Shown here in pieces: positions 62,711-64,000 of a DNA stretch of 64,000 nt. Each line of letters opens with the position of its first letter. Within the stretch, counting starts at the first letter, position 1. The notes beneath the pieces are model-generated. The model searched no databases and was not told the DNA's origin. It saw only the letters and a list, made by a program, of their open reading frames with translations. This DNA comes from Sminthopsis crassicaudata (taxonomy: Eukaryota), in the NCBI RefSeq assembly GCF_048593235.1, contig NC_133618.1, positions 388,944,562 to 389,008,561 of the forward strand, given 5' to 3'. The position numbers and the translations under genes were made by a program.

Positions 62711-63037
62711 TAAATATAAAACAGACAAAGTTACACTGGGTGTAACAACAATGAACAGAGGAATCAAAAAAATTGACTTTTAGGTCTAACTAGCAACCAA
62801 GTAAACAGCTTGAGCAAAACTATAAACACAGAAGAATTAGAGGGGTGGAGGGGGGTATACCTGGCATAAAGAGATTTCCCCTCTAGATTAGCCAGGGCTA
62901 GCATTCCACTTGTCCAGCTTCAGGGCCCTGCCCTTCTTGAAGAACTAAGGAGCTCTTTACCCCCTACCTCCAACAACTAACTGGTGGAATTGACCAGGAT
63001 GGCTATGACATTATTACAGAGAGGAAATGACAGCTAT

Positions 63038-64000
63038 TTAGCAGGAAAACCACCCCAATCCTGGGCTCTCATTTTCTCTTGGCTCACCTAAAGCTTCTAG
63101 GAGGCGAAGGGACACAGCATTCTTGGCAACTTCGTGCCCGCTTGGCCCCTCTTTAGTTACAACTACCCAGATGAGGCCACTGAAAGGCATGGGGTAACCA
63201 GGAATCACTACTTGGTACCAGAAGCGGTGCCAGCCTGCGGGCCCAGCTCCCAAGCACTTAGTGAGGAATACGGGCATGCCTAGGTGCCTCTGTTGGCACA
63301 CGGCCTCGAGTGTGGTCTGGGCACAGTTGTGGGGCACTGGGGTCCCTAATTTCTCAGGTAAGGTCCTATGACTTATCTCAGGCCCCAACCCCCGAAATAA
63401 AGGACCTTCTGTTTGCTGTCGGAGTCGTTGCTTCAGGTCGGGTTTCAGCCATTCTACTGTCACCTGCTCACCACAGAGCTTTGAGCGCCCTGCCAGACAG
63501 AGGATAACATAGGAGTGATGAAAGGTGGTAACCTAAGTTTGGCAACAAGTATTTGGCCACACCCCACCCCCTCAAACACTAAACCCTTTTTACTCCCTAA
63601 CCTATTCTTGAGCTTTCCCACTCCCTCAAATGTGTATCTAGTATAACTTTCTTAGCAACAGACAAGGCTACCCTGTTTTTCTCGACTTTACCCTCTTTCT
63701 TTAATGTTACTCCTACCTTCTACTAGAGCTTTCTTGGCCATGGCTGCCGCCCGGTGGGAACTAAACTTGAGCAGTGCAATCTGTGTGTTGGGGTACATGA
63801 GGCTGGGGAGTAGCAGTGCTTCCTGCAGACCGGACCCGAGAGGCTGCAGGGCCTGAAGCAAGGCCTGGTGGTCCAGGGTTGGTGGCAGCCCATCCAGGGT
63901 CAGCTCACATTTCTCAGTGCTCCGGCAGACCAGCAGCGGGCAGGCAGGTCGAAGAGGGTGATTGTGAAGAGTGGCGATGGCAGCCTGGGCCCCGCGGCGG
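63038..64000 (-). CDS. DND1: Dead end protein homolog 1, last two coding exons (5' part outside the window)
   Basis: The exon from beyond 64000 to 63717 encodes [32 protein letters not shown]...[20 protein letters not shown]. Exon 63489-63038 encodes [25 protein letters not shown]...[11 protein letters not shown]...*, covering RRM2 and the dsRBD-like domain. Confidence 0.96.

Overview
Mammalian, almost certainly marsupial, genomic DNA; the SINE and L1 types suggest a dasyurid (inference). The window is syntenic with human 5q31.3. Gene order from manual exon reconstruction: SLC35A4 (+, bicistronic: 103-aa upstream microprotein plus 320-aa transporter), a repeat-rich spacer, an intact 19-exon kinesin-like gene (-, about 595 aa) not visible in the ORF track, CD14 (-), a nested ERV/LTR/L1 cluster (23-33.5 kb), TMCO6 (+), NDUFA2 (-), IK/RED (+, 20 exons, one U12 AT-AC intron), WDR55 (+) and the 3' part of DND1 (-). 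Two N-gaps are present. The main candidate for a poorly described system is the kinesin-like gene. It keeps the kinesin motor fold but has lost the P-loop, switch I and switch II, so it looks like a pseudo-kinesin with a coiled-coil tail. Orthology statements come from my recall of the human/mouse proteins and were not checked by a search.
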